DNA of 27,166 bases, taken from IMG/VR virus record IMGVR_UViG_2526164690_000039; one strand, given 5' to 3'. Both the position numbers and the translations under genes were made by a program. The stretch is from a virus. Lineage: Duplodnaviria; Heunggongvirae; Uroviricota; Caudoviricetes. The notes beneath the pieces were generated by a model. The model worked only from the letters and a program-made list of their open reading frames with translations, made no database searches and was not told the DNA's origin. Of this stretch, positions 9,577 through 17,370 are shown one piece after another; positions within the stretch are counted from its first letter, which is position 1; each line of letters opens with the position of its first letter.

Positions 9577-9745
9577 CGTCTTCTTCCTCGTACATTGAGC
9601 TATTCGGATCGCTCATCAGTTCTGCGCAGCAGTACTCACACACGTGAACTTCCAGCACATGCAGCTTCTGACCGCAGTTAGCGCACGTTAAAGCTCGCTC
9701 GACGCTTTCTTTCTGGTATTGAAGGGATTGGGATGGGCTAAGCAC
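9569..9745 (-). CDS. ninF: NinF-like small zinc-ribbon protein whose start codon is now GTG formed with the terminal base of IS10
   Basis: Frame reads (V/M)LSPSQSLQYQKESVERALTCANCGQKLHVLEVHVCEYCCAELMSDPNSSMYEEEDDE, 58 aa. The original ATG is recoverable on the other side of IS10 at 11081-11083. Stop overlaps the start of the Roi-like gene. Confidence 0.6.
   Translation of the reverse strand: MLSPSQSLQYQKESVERALTCANCGQKLHVLEVHVCEYCCAELMSDPNSSMYEEEDDE
9736..9744. repeat. IS10 target-site duplication, left copy (GGCTAAGCA)
   Basis: Exact 9-bp direct repeat of 11074-11082, fitting the IS10 hotspot consensus NGCTNAGCN. Confidence 0.95.
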
Positions 9746-11073
9746 TGAGAGATCCCCTCATAATTTCCCCAAAGCGTAACCATGTGTGAATAAATTTTGA
9801 GCTAGTAGGGTTGCAGCCACGAGTAAGTCTTCCCTTGTTATTGTGTAGCCAGAATGCCGCAAAACTTCCATGCCTAAGCGAACTGTTGAGAGTACGTTTC
9901 GATTTCTGACTGTGTTAGCCTGGAAGTGCTTGTCCCAACCTTGTTTCTGAGCATGAACGCCCGCAAGCCAACATGTTAGTTGAAGCATCAGGGCGATTAG
10001 CAGCATGATATCAAAACGCTCTGAGCTGCTCGTTCGGCTATGGCGTAGGCCTAGTCCGTAGGCAGGACTTTTCAAGTCTCGGAAGGTTTCTTCAATCTGC
10101 ATTCGCTTCGAATAGATATTAACAAGTTGTTTGGGTGTTCGAATTTCAACAGGTAAGTTAGTTGCTAGAACCCATGGCTCCTTTGCCGACGCTGAGTAGA
10201 TTTTAGGTGACGGGTGGTGACAATGAGTCCGTGTCGAGCGCTGATTTTTTCGGCCTTTAGAGCGAGATTTATACAATAGAATTTGGCATGAGATTGGATT
10301 GCTTTTAGTCAGCCTCTTATAGCCTAAAGTCTTTGAGTGACTAGATGACATATCATGTAAGTTGCTGATAGGTTTCCAGTTTTCCGCTCCTAGGTCTGCA
10401 TATTGTACTTTTCCTCTTACTCGACTTAACCAGTACCAACCCAGCTTCTCAACGGATTTATACCATGGCACTTTAAAGCCAGCATCACTGACAATGAGCG
10501 GTGTGGTGTTACTCGGTAGAATGCTCGCAAGGTCGGCTAGAAATTGGTCATGAGCTTTCTTTGAACATTGCTCTGAAAGCGGGAACGCTTTCTCATAAAG
10601 AGTAACAGAACGACCGTGTAGTGCGACTGAAGCTCGCAATACCATAAGTCGTTTTTGCTCACGAATATCAGACCAGTCAACAAGTACAATGGGCATCGTA
10701 TTGCCCGAACAGATAAAGCTAGCATGCCAACGGTATACAGCGAGTCGCTCTTTGTGGAGGTGACGATTACCTAACAATCGGTCGATTCGTTTGATGTTAT
10801 GTTTTGTTCTCGCTTTGGTTGGCAGGTTACGGCCAAGTTCGGTAAGAGTGAGAGTTTTACAGTCAAGTAATGCGTGGCAAGCCAACGTTAAGCTGTTGAG
10901 TCGTTTTAAGTGTAATTCGGGGCAGAATTGGTAAAGAGAGTCGTGTAAAATATCGAGTTCGCACATCTTGTTGTCTGATTATTGATTTTTCGCGAAACCA
11001 TTTGATCATATGACAAGATGTGTATCCACCTTAACTTAATGATTTTTACCAAAATCATTAGGGGATTCATCAG
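9745..11073 (-). mobile_element. IS10 insertion sequence, complete, 1329 bp
   Basis: Ends CTGAGAGATCCCCTCATAATTTCCCC (inside end at 9745) and CTGATGAATCCCCTAATGATTTTGG (outside end, reverse complement at 11073); 402-aa transposase ORF inside; flanked by 9-bp direct repeats. Confidence 0.95.
9758..10966 (-). CDS. IS10 transposase
   Basis: 402 aa uninterrupted ORF MCELDILHDSLYQFCPELHLKRLNSLTLACHALL..., matching IS10/Tn10 transposase as recalled. Confidence 0.95.
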   Translation of the reverse strand: MCELDILHDSLYQFCPELHLKRLNSLTLACHALLDCKTLTLTELGRNLPTKARTKHNIKRIDRLLGNRHLHKERLAVYRWHASFICSGNTMPIVLVDWSDIREQKRLMVLRASVALHGRSVTLYEKAFPLSEQCSKKAHDQFLADLASILPSNTTPLIVSDAGFKVPWYKSVEKLGWYWLSRVRGKVQYADLGAENWKPISNLHDMSSSHSKTLGYKRLTKSNPISCQILLYKSRSKGRKNQRSTRTHCHHPSPKIYSASAKEPWVLATNLPVEIRTPKQLVNIYSKRMQIEETFRDLKSPAYGLGLRHSRTSSSERFDIMLLIALMLQLTCWLAGVHAQKQGWDKHFQANTVRNRNVLSTVRLGMEVLRHSGYTITREDLLVAATLLAQNLFTHGYALGKL

Positions 11074-11082
11074 GGCTAAGCA
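11074..11082. repeat. IS10 target-site duplication, right copy (GGCTAAGCA)
   Basis: Exact repeat of 9736-9744; contains the TAG stop of the upstream nin-region gene. Confidence 0.95.
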
Positions 11083-11483
11083 TGGCTTTCACCATTAAAA
11101 AGTCGCTTGTAAGCATCAATGTCTCGTTTTGCTTCACCGAGCTTTCGTCTTAATTCCATGTTTTCTGATTCAAGCTTTTCCATGTCTTGTTGGTATCGAT
11201 CGCGGTGTTCTTTCCATGCTTTTTGATACGCCTTCATGTATGTCATATTGGCCTTTCTCTTTGCCTGACGAACTGCGTGGTGGTTTTTCACAAACCAGTC
11301 AGGGTCGTTAAATGCTGCTCTGGCGCATGTATACCAATAATTTGTTGCCTCCCTGTTTAGCCAATAAATACTGATAAATGGCAACCGGATAGACACCATT
11401 TTTCGTTGTGACTCTTTCTCGCCAAACATGTGGCCTTTTTTGATGCTAAGTCCAAATCCAGGTTGAATTAAAAGCATTGTCAT
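11076..11483 (-). CDS. Hypothetical nin-region protein with C-terminal coiled coil
   Basis: ORF 11076..11519. ATG at 11481-11483 overlaps the ninE stop (ATGA); alternative ATG at 11475-11477 follows GAGGAA. Stop codon lies inside the IS10 target duplication. Confidence 0.55.
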   Translation of the reverse strand: MTMLLIQPGFGLSIKKGHMFGEKESQRKMVSIRLPFISIYWLNREATNYWYTCARAAFNDPDWFVKNHHAVRQAKRKANMTYMKAYQKAWKEHRDRYQQDMEKLESENMELRRKLGEAKRDIDAYKRLFNGESHA

Positions 11484-11656
11484 TTCCTCGCACGATGTCT
11501 TAGCCACCGGATATCCCACAGGTGAGCCGTGTAGTTGAAGGTTTTTACGTCAGATTCTTTTGGGATTGGCTTGCGTTTATTTCTGGAGCGTTTCGTTGGA
11601 AGGTATTTGCAGTTTTCACAGATTATGTCGGTGATACTTCGTCGCTGTCGTCTCAT
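11480..11656 (-). CDS. ninE: NinE-like protein
   Basis: 58 aa [61 protein letters not shown] overlaps the ninB stop (ATGA). Matches lambda NinE as recalled. Confidence 0.7.
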   Translation of the reverse strand: MRRQRRSITDIICENCKYLPTKRSRNKRKPIPKESDVKTFNYTAHLWDIRWLRHRARK

Positions 11657-12063
11657 TCGTACCTCCTGTCGGTAAATCTGACGCCCTGACCAATAGCCCA
11701 TGCTGTCGTGTACTCAATCAGACTTGCCATACGCTTCACACTCATCTGCGCGCTACTTTCGCGAATGTTGACGTATTCGCCTTCAAGGCCGGGCAAAACA
11801 TCAGCTTCCTGCTTTGTTGCCACTGCATGACCGCTAATCAACAAAACCTTCCATTGTTCTGGTTTTAACCACTTATCGCACCATTGAACCTGACGTGCGA
11901 TATCCGCCAGCATCGCGTGAAATTTTGCGTTCTGGTCAAGGTTGCGCTTGTAGTCAGTAATGCGGATGGTGACTGGCTTGTCTTTATCGAGTGGTGTTGC
12001 GAGGATGGCGTTGATTGCGGCTTGCTGTTGTTGCTTAGTTCGGAGGAATATTGTTTGCTTCAT
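11653..12063 (-). CDS. ninB: NinB/Orf-family recombination mediator
   Basis: 136 aa; [19 protein letters not shown] and the C-terminal region resemble lambda NinB as recalled. Confidence 0.7.
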   Translation of the reverse strand: MKQTIFLRTKQQQQAAINAILATPLDKDKPVTIRITDYKRNLDQNAKFHAMLADIARQVQWCDKWLKPEQWKVLLISGHAVATKQEADVLPGLEGEYVNIRESSAQMSVKRMASLIEYTTAWAIGQGVRFTDRRYE

Positions 12064-12391
12064 CGAAATTCTTCTCTTTAATTCCAGCGGCTCTGATAGC
12101 TTTCATTACTGCAATTACCGTTTTGTCACGCCCATCCTCATAACCCATCGCATAAGCACCTTCTTCACCATCTTTCCAAAAGTCGTCATTCGATTCTGGC
12201 CAGTCGATATCCAGTTCAATAGCTGCTCGCGATGCCTGCCATAAAGTCCACCACTCATTTAAGGAGTGACGAATATCCATGCTTGAAAATGCGAAGTACC
12301 TATCACCATTTCTTGCCTCGGTTATCATCTCGAATGGTAATCTCAATTTTTTGGCAACGTATTCCTCAAACTGCTTTCTTGATTCGTCCAT
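12035..12391 (-). CDS. Hypothetical acidic nin-region protein
   Basis: 118 aa ORF with GAGGG RBS; protein-like composition; overlaps the ninB start by 29 nt. Confidence 0.5.
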   Translation of the reverse strand: MDESRKQFEEYVAKKLRLPFEMITEARNGDRYFAFSSMDIRHSLNEWWTLWQASRAAIELDIDWPESNDDFWKDGEEGAYAMGYEDGRDKTVIAVMKAIRAAGIKEKNFDEANNIPPN

Positions 12392-12630
12392 CGATACTTA
12401 CCCTCAGTTCAACTCACAAAACGCCACGCCATTTTTGCTACAGCGACAGGCGCAACACCGATAATCACCCAGACAAATGCAGCGCCAAACAACGTATACC
12501 ATGGGTCTTTACCGTCATTCACAAGACGAATGTAGCTATGCAGAACAATAAATAACGTCAGAAGAATCCATCAAACGCCAACGCATTTGAGTGCGACGAG
12601 CATAAACTCAGCCACGATTTACTCTCCCCC

Positions 12631-12662
12631 AAATAAAAAGGCCTGCGATTACCAGCAGGCCT
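12631..12662 (-). terminator. Intrinsic terminator after ren (tR2-like position)
   Basis: Minus-strand AGGCCUGC-loop-GCAGGCCU hairpin followed by UUUUUAUUU, immediately 3' of ren. Confidence 0.6.
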
Positions 12663-12687
12663 GTTATTAGCTCAGTGATGTAGATGG

Positions 12688-12978
12688 TCATCTTTTAACT
12701 CCATATACCGCCAATACCCGTTTCATCGCGGCACTCTGGCGACACTCCTTAAAAATTAGGTTCGTGCTCATCTTTCCTTCCCGTTCTTCCTTGGTAGCAA
12801 ACCGGTAATACACCGTTCGCCAGACCTTACCTTCGATAACCAGAAGACCTGCCCGTGCCATTTTAGCCGCGGCCTGATTTATGCTGGTTACTGTTGCGCC
12901 TGTTAGCGCGGCAACGTCCGGCGCACAGAAGCTATTATGCGTCCCCAGGTAATGAATAATTGCCTCTTTGCCCGTCAT
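12688..12978 (-). CDS. ren: Ren protein
   Basis: 96 aa MTGKEAIIHYLGTHNSFCAPDVAALTGATVTSINQAAAKMARAG..., essentially matching lambda Ren as recalled. Confidence 0.9.
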   Translation of the reverse strand: MTGKEAIIHYLGTHNSFCAPDVAALTGATVTSINQAAAKMARAGLLVIEGKVWRTVYYRFATKEEREGKMSTNLIFKECRQSAAMKRVLAVYGVKR

Positions 12979-13676
12979 ACACTTGCTCCTTTCAGTCCGA
13001 ACTTAGCTTTGAGTTCTGCGATCTTCGCCAGAGCCTGTGCACGATTTAGAGGTCTACCGCCCATGACAGGAAGTTGTTTTACTGGTTCAGGGAGCGCCTC
13101 ACCACGGTTAATTCTCGCAGTCATATGGACAAGCTCATCTGCGGCCTTACGGCGTAATTCCGCATCAGTAAGCGCATTGGCCCGCATGTTCTGATACAGG
13201 TTGGTAACCAGCCAGTAGTGCGCGTTTGATTTCCACGGATAAGACTCCGCATCCGGATACAGGCCTCGCTTCCGGCAATACTCGTAAACCATATCAACCA
13301 GCTCGCTGACGTTTGGCAGTCCGGCGATAACGGATGCTTCTTCCCGGCACCATGCAACAAACTGCCCGGGTGATGGCAGAAATGGTCGATTCTGCCGACG
13401 GGCTACGCGCATTCCTGCGTTAACCTGTTCCATTGTGGTGATCCCGTTTTCCCGGAAAGCCAGAACCCACTGGCGGCGGATTTCGTTCAGTTCGTTCTGG
13501 TCACGGTTAGCCAGGCTCGCCGGGAAAGTTGCCAGTAACTGGCTGAACACACCGTTGATGATCTGCGCTACCTGCTGTACCTGAGGCTTTTCGTCGTACT
13601 GTTCCGGCATGTTGTTGGCGATCCGACGCATCTGCTCACGGTCAAAGTTAACCATCTGTGCGGCGATGTTTTTCAT
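12975..13676 (-). CDS. P: Replication protein P (DnaB helicase loader)
   Basis: 233 aa, essentially matching lambda P as recalled (MKNIAAQMVNFDREQMRRIANNMPEQYDEKPQV...). Confidence 0.95.
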   Translation of the reverse strand: MKNIAAQMVNFDREQMRRIANNMPEQYDEKPQVQQVAQIINGVFSQLLATFPASLANRDQNELNEIRRQWVLAFRENGITTMEQVNAGMRVARRQNRPFLPSPGQFVAWCREEASVIAGLPNVSELVDMVYEYCRKRGLYPDAESYPWKSNAHYWLVTNLYQNMRANALTDAELRRKAADELVHMTARINRGEALPEPVKQLPVMGGRPLNRAQALAKIAELKAKFGLKGASV

Positions 13677-14611
13677 AGATCCACCCCGTAAATCCAGTCT
13701 GTGTTTGTCAGGTCGAGTTTTGGTTTGCTGGCTGTCACGGCTGCCTGTTGCTTGTTACGGTTGATTTCGAGCTGGGTCCACTTGTCGCGGAGTTTGGCCG
13801 GACTCAGCACGTTACCGGACCAGAAGTTGTCCTGGCAGGCCCAGCGGAAAAGCACACACATATCGCGGTGGTTACGTCCGTCACGTTCACGCATCAGGCG
13901 GATATCGTTAGCCCACCCTGCAAAATTCGGTTTTCTGGCTGATGGTGCGATGGTCTTCACCATGTCAAACATCCACTCTGCGGCGGTCAGGTCTTCTGCT
14001 GTTCCCCACTTGCTGCCGCTCTGAATTGCAGCATCCGGTTTAACCACAGAAAGATCGTTTTCTGGCTGGTCAGAGGATTCGCCAGAATTCTCGGACGAAT
14101 AATCTTTTCTTTTTTCTTTTGTAATAGTGTCTTTTGTGTCCCCCTGCTTTGAGGGATAGCAATCCCCTAATTTGAGGGATGTTTTATCCCTCGTTTTAGG
14201 GGATTTTCCCTCGTTTTGAGGGATGTCCCTCATTTTAGGGGAACCTCCCTCGTTTTGAGGGATGCACCATTCTGAGATGTTTTTATTTGGTCCAAACATG
14301 CCGCCTTGCTGCTTGATAATATTCATTCTGACGAGTTCTAACTTGGCTTCATTGCACCGTTTGACAGGTAACTTTGTAATCTCGCTAAGTTGAGAATCGG
14401 TGATTCTGTCCATTGGTTTATTCCACCCATAGGTTTTACGCAGAATGGCAAGCAGCACTTTAAACTGTCGCTTGGTCAGATCTGCGCCTGAATAGGCCTC
14501 AAGCAGCATATTTGATAGTCTGGCGTAACCATCATCGAGATCTGCCACATTACGCTCCTGTTCGGCAAAGTTACCTCTGCCGAAGTTGAGTATTTTTGCT
14601 GTATTTGTCAT
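13673..14611 (-). CDS. O: Replication initiator O
   Basis: 312 aa; N- and C-terminal portions match lambda O as recalled; the iteron-encoded IPQNEG/SPKTRD repeats are in-frame in the middle. Confidence 0.95.
   Translation of the reverse strand: MTNTAKILNFGRGNFAEQERNVADLDDGYARLSNMLLEAYSGADLTKRQFKVLLAILRKTYGWNKPMDRITDSQLSEITKLPVKRCNEAKLELVRMNIIKQQGGMFGPNKNISEWCIPQNEGGSPKMRDIPQNEGKSPKTRDKTSLKLGDCYPSKQGDTKDTITKEKRKDYSSENSGESSDQPENDLSVVKPDAAIQSGSKWGTAEDLTAAEWMFDMVKTIAPSARKPNFAGWANDIRLMRERDGRNHRDMCVLFRWACQDNFWSGNVLSPAKLRDKWTQLEINRNKQQAAVTASKPKLDLTNTDWIYGVDL
14139..14263 (-). repeat. ori-lambda iteron array (six about 18-bp inverted-repeat iterons) inside O, with adjacent AT-rich region 14101-14138
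   Basis: Six copies of ATCCCTCAAAACGAGGGA-type iterons on the O coding strand, at plus coordinates 14139-14157, 14162-14180, 14186-14204, 14207-14224, 14225-14243 and 14246-14263. Confidence 0.85.
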
Positions 14612-14621
14612 AATGACTCCT

Positions 14622-14700
14622 GTGGATTGATCCAGTAATTCCCTCAGAATTCCATCTGGATTTGTTCAGAACGCTCGGTCTTGCACACCGGGCGTTTTTT
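14622..14700 (+). ncRNA. oop: oop antisense RNA, with pO promoter (TTGAGT 14586-14591, CATAAT 14609-14614)
   Basis: Sequence GATTGATCCAGTAATTCCCTCAGAATTCCATCTGGATTTGTTCAGAACGCTCGG...CCGGGCGTTTTTTATT closely matches lambda oop as recalled; terminal stem and U6; antisense to the 3' end of cII. Confidence 0.7.
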
Positions 14701-14943
14701 ATTGGTGAGTCCATCAAGCGCATACTTAAAAGCTCTGCTAATCGGACTGATGTCTGATGCCATTCCGAAAGCACACAAGACCGAAGCAATAAATCTCCAG
14801 TCCGTTCTGCTTATCTTCGATTCATGACAGCCAATCATCTTTGCCAGACCGCGCTGGGTAAGCGTTGACAGGTTGATAAGTAAATCTGTTTCTGCGCGAT
14901 CAACATCACGCTGTGATAGTTTGCTGTAACTTGTTTGTTCCAT
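14644..14943 (-). CDS. cII: CII-like transcriptional activator
   Basis: 99 aa; C-terminus TNKKRPVCKTERSEQIQMEF matches the lambda CII C-terminus; the HTH region is divergent. Confidence 0.8.
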   Translation of the reverse strand: MEQTSYSKLSQRDVDRAETDLLINLSTLTQRGLAKMIGCHESKISRTDWRFIASVLCAFGMASDISPISRAFKYALDGLTNKKRPVCKTERSEQIQMEF

Positions 14944-15028
14944 TTCTTAAGATTTCCAATAGTGAATAGCTAGTTGAAAGGTATGCGTGGAAACGCATAT
15001 GGCCTTAGTTGGTCAGATATCTTGGAAC

Positions 15029-15074
15029 TCGCTTTTCAGCGACGTAGGACGAATGTCCGTTGTTACAAAGAGCG
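15029..15074 (-). promoter_or_regulatory. nutR (boxA 15060-15074, boxB hairpin 15029-15042)
   Basis: Minus-strand CGCTCTTTGTAACAA (boxA-like), then a small hairpin, then CGCUGAAAAGCG boxB-like stem-loop, between cro and cII. Same architecture as nutL. Confidence 0.6.
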
Positions 15075-15081
15075 GGGTTAC

Positions 15082-15315
15082 TTATGCTGCTGATGCTCTA
15101 CGCGATACGAACACCAGATTTTCCTTTTTCACAGGTTTATAACCCGTGAAATTACGAGTGGCTTCTTCGATTGCATTCGCTTTATCTGGGGAAGCTCTTC
15201 GAAACCCATATACAATCTGATCAAGATAGCCAACTGAAGTATTCGCTAATGCGGCGAGTCGCTTCCATTCCTCACTAGAAGCCTCTTTTCGCCAGCGTAG
15301 TAGTTCATTACTCAT
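15082..15315 (-). CDS. cro: Cro-like repressor
   Basis: 77 aa; GGAGG RBS; divergent from the cI-like gene across an operator region. Confidence 0.7.
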   Translation of the reverse strand: MSNELLRWRKEASSEEWKRLAALANTSVGYLDQIVYGFRRASPDKANAIEEATRNFTGYKPVKKENLVFVSRRASAA

Positions 15316-15428
15316 TAGTGCCTCCGTTTATCACACAGAGCGACTTTACCATTTTGATAAATAAAACGCAATGAAGATTTATCAAAATGCATATTTATCC
15401 ATTTGCTAAATAGAGGGAGAATCGTGGG
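15316..15428. promoter_or_regulatory. Rightward operator / pR-pRM region
   Basis: 17-bp operators TTTACCATTTTGATAAA (15345-15361), TTTATCCATTTGCTAAA (15394-15410) and weaker TTTATCAAAATGCATAT (15378-15394). Candidate pR on the minus strand is TTGCGT-17-TAAAGT, with -10 at 15343-15348. Confidence 0.6.
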
Positions 15429-16133
15429 ATGGAAAACAAAGATATTCGCAAATCGAATCTGGCGTTTTTGCTAGATGAGCATAAAAAAATCGCGGGTAAC
15501 ACTAATGCAAGCTTTGCCGATAAGCTTGGAGTTAGCCCTTCTCAACTCACGCAAGTCTCCGGTGAAAAAAGCACTCGAAACATAGGGGATAAACTAGCAA
15601 GAAAATTCGAAGCCGCACTTGGGTTACCTAATGGGTGGCTTGATTTGGTACATGATGTAACACCAATTGCATCATGCTCAGATTCTTTAACTTTTGTCGG
15701 TCAGGTAAGAAAAGGGTTAGTGCGCGTGGTTGGTGAGGCAATTCTTGGTGTTGATGGTGCCATCGAGATGACCGAAGAGCGCGATGGGTGGCTCAATATT
15801 TATAGCGATGATCCAGATGCCTTTGGTCTTCGTGTGAAAGGAGACAGCATGTGGCCCAGAATAAAATCAGGAGAATATGTACTCATTGAGCCTAACACCA
15901 AAGTATTCCCGGGGGATGAGGTGTTTGTCAGAACTGTTGAAGGACACAACATGATCAAAGTTCTTGGCTATGACAGAGATGGAGAATACCAATTTACAAG
16001 CATCAACCAGGACCACAGGCCAATAACGTTGCCTTATCATCAAGTAGCAAAGGTGGAGTATGTGGCTGGTATTCTGAAGCAATCTCGCCATCTGGATGAC
16101 ATCGAGGCAAGGGAGTGGCTGAAAAGTTCGTGA
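15429..16133 (+). CDS. cI: CI-type prophage repressor (HTH plus S24 LexA-like peptidase domain)
   Basis: 234 aa; N-terminal HTH; C-terminal GDSMWP...K motifs of S24 autopeptidase; AGGGAG RBS. Not lambda immunity by sequence. Confidence 0.85.
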   Translation: MENKDIRKSNLAFLLDEHKKIAGNTNASFADKLGVSPSQLTQVSGEKSTRNIGDKLARKFEAALGLPNGWLDLVHDVTPIASCSDSLTFVGQVRKGLVRVVGEAILGVDGAIEMTEERDGWLNIYSDDPDAFGLRVKGDSMWPRIKSGEYVLIEPNTKVFPGDEVFVRTVEGHNMIKVLGYDRDGEYQFTSINQDHRPITLPYHQVAKVEYVAGILKQSRHLDDIEAREWLKSS

Positions 16134-16401
16134 CTTCATCGTCACATAGCTGGTAACCAGTGGCCTGAAGAGACGTTTGGGTGATGTGATAGAGATCATT
16201 ATTCAATTCGATTGAGAAAAATCATCATAAGGTTTATATCCATTTATTAGATTTTATGTGTATAAATAGTTAAAAATGCACGATGTAGAGATATTTGTGC
16301 TTAACATCAATTAATCATTGCTAAATCGTGCTTATTGTTCAGAAATCGCCCAAGTCATATTGAAAATCTGTTGGCGAACACCTATATAAGGAGTATAGTT
16401 A

Positions 16402-16764
16402 GTGACCCAAAACGTATTGCCAATCAACAAGAGCTTGCATGACCGAGCTGTTGATGAATTTAATCGTCTGCATGGAACAATGATTGGCGAGATTAGTGCA
16501 ATGCTGAAAACAGCTAAAGTAGCGCCATTGGTGGATCTTCGTAAGAAAGATCCTACCTTTTCGAACGTTGTCGCAGAATTACGGACATTCAGAGACGTAT
16601 GTAATGCTCTGCTCCCATACTTTCGTGTAGATAAGACCAGCGAAATCGCTGTCATCGATAAGTTACTTATACTGGCTAATGACCTGGCTCAAGCCATCGA
16701 TGCTGACGATCCTGACGCATTGTGCGCAGCAATAGCAGCCCTTGATGTTGAGCCTTACATTTAA
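16402..16764 (+). CDS. Hypothetical 120-aa protein in the rexA/rexB position
   Basis: GTG start 8 nt after AAGGAG (16388-16393); acidic, helical-looking product with no family I can recognise; same strand as cI. Confidence 0.6.
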   Translation: MTQNVLPINKSLHDRAVDEFNRLHGTMIGEISAMLKTAKVAPLVDLRKKDPTFSNVVAELRTFRDVCNALLPYFRVDKTSEIAVIDKLLILANDLAQAIDADDPDALCAAIAALDVEPYI

Positions 16765-16779
16765 ACGAGGGGAAAAAAA

Positions 16780-16908
16780 ATGACTAAAGCGTTTGACTAT
16801 ACTGCCGTTAGTAAGCTTTTGGCTGAAATGCGCGGATGTGTAGAGCGCGTTCAAAATCTACGCCGCGACTTTGAAGCTCACATCAATCATTCACAAAAAG
16901 CGGCTTGA
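16780..16908 (+). CDS. Hypothetical 42-aa protein, second gene of the cassette
   Basis: ATG 15 nt after the upstream stop, preceded by GAGGGG; MTKAFDYTAVSKLLAEMRGCVERVQNLRRDFEAHINHSQKAA; followed by a terminator. Confidence 0.45.
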   Translation: MTKAFDYTAVSKLLAEMRGCVERVQNLRRDFEAHINHSQKAA

Positions 16909-16927
16909 TACTTAAGTTAGATGACAG

Positions 16928-16955
16928 AACCCGGCCTCAGCGCCGGGTTTTCTTT
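16928..16955 (+). terminator. Intrinsic terminator closing the cI-cassette transcription unit
   Basis: AACCCGGC-CUCAGC-GCCGGGUU stem followed by a U-rich tract. Confidence 0.7.
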
Positions 16956-17136
16956 GCCTCACGATCCCCACACCTAATAACACCTTAACCAATTGTATTT
17001 ATTGAAAAATTGATAGATACAACTTTCTAAACCACGAAATTCTGATCCCCCTCAAGTCTCTTCATTCCTTCTGATAAATTCCCGCAATCAAATAAAAAAC
17101 CATAATAATCAACAGGATATTTGAAAACCCAAACAA

Positions 17137-17185
17137 TTTATCATTTTGCTATTGCCATCAGTTTATCATTTCGATAAAGTCAACT
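17137..17185 (+). promoter_or_regulatory. oL/pL region
   Basis: Perfect palindromic operator TTTATCATTTCGATAAA (17162-17178) plus TTTATCATTTTGCTATT (17137-17153). Candidate pL is TTGCCA (17152-17157), 17-nt spacer, TAAAGT (17175-17180), mirroring the pR arrangement. Confidence 0.6.
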
Positions 17186-17225
17186 CATCAGCAGGACGCT
17201 GTAAGCCAAACGGAGCAGACTGGCA

Positions 17226-17272
17226 GGCTCTTTAAACAACGTCGAACACTCGACTACGTGGCTGAAAAGCCA
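17226..17272 (+). promoter_or_regulatory. nutL (boxA about 17226-17240, boxB hairpin 17259-17272)
   Basis: GGCTCTTTAAACAA boxA-like, intervening GTCGA/TCGAC hairpin, then UGGCUGAAAAGCCA stem-loop, about 100 nt upstream of N. Confidence 0.6.
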
Positions 17273-17370
17273 GATCACCCAACCACATAAGCTGTGGGAT
17301 GCAATGCCGAAGTAACCGTCTCAGGAGGAGCTTCGAGATTGCATCGCCAAAGTTTATTCGGGAGGAATCT

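Noticed and set aside
12232..12555. Plus-strand ORFs (61-107 aa) in the ren-nin intergenic region
   Set aside because: Antisense to and overlapping the minus-strand 118-aa gene, or lying in non-coding sequence next to the terminator; no RBS.
14139..14263. Possible CRISPR array suggested by the regularly spaced repeats
   Set aside because: The repeats are 18-19-bp palindromic iterons with only 0-5-bp spacing inside the O gene, i.e. an ori-lambda iteron array, not repeat-spacer units.
14921..14934. TTGC-N6-TTGT motif near the cII start as a pRE-type CII site
   Set aside because: Second half-site is imperfect and the CII HTH here differs from lambda, so its recognition sequence is uncertain; not called.
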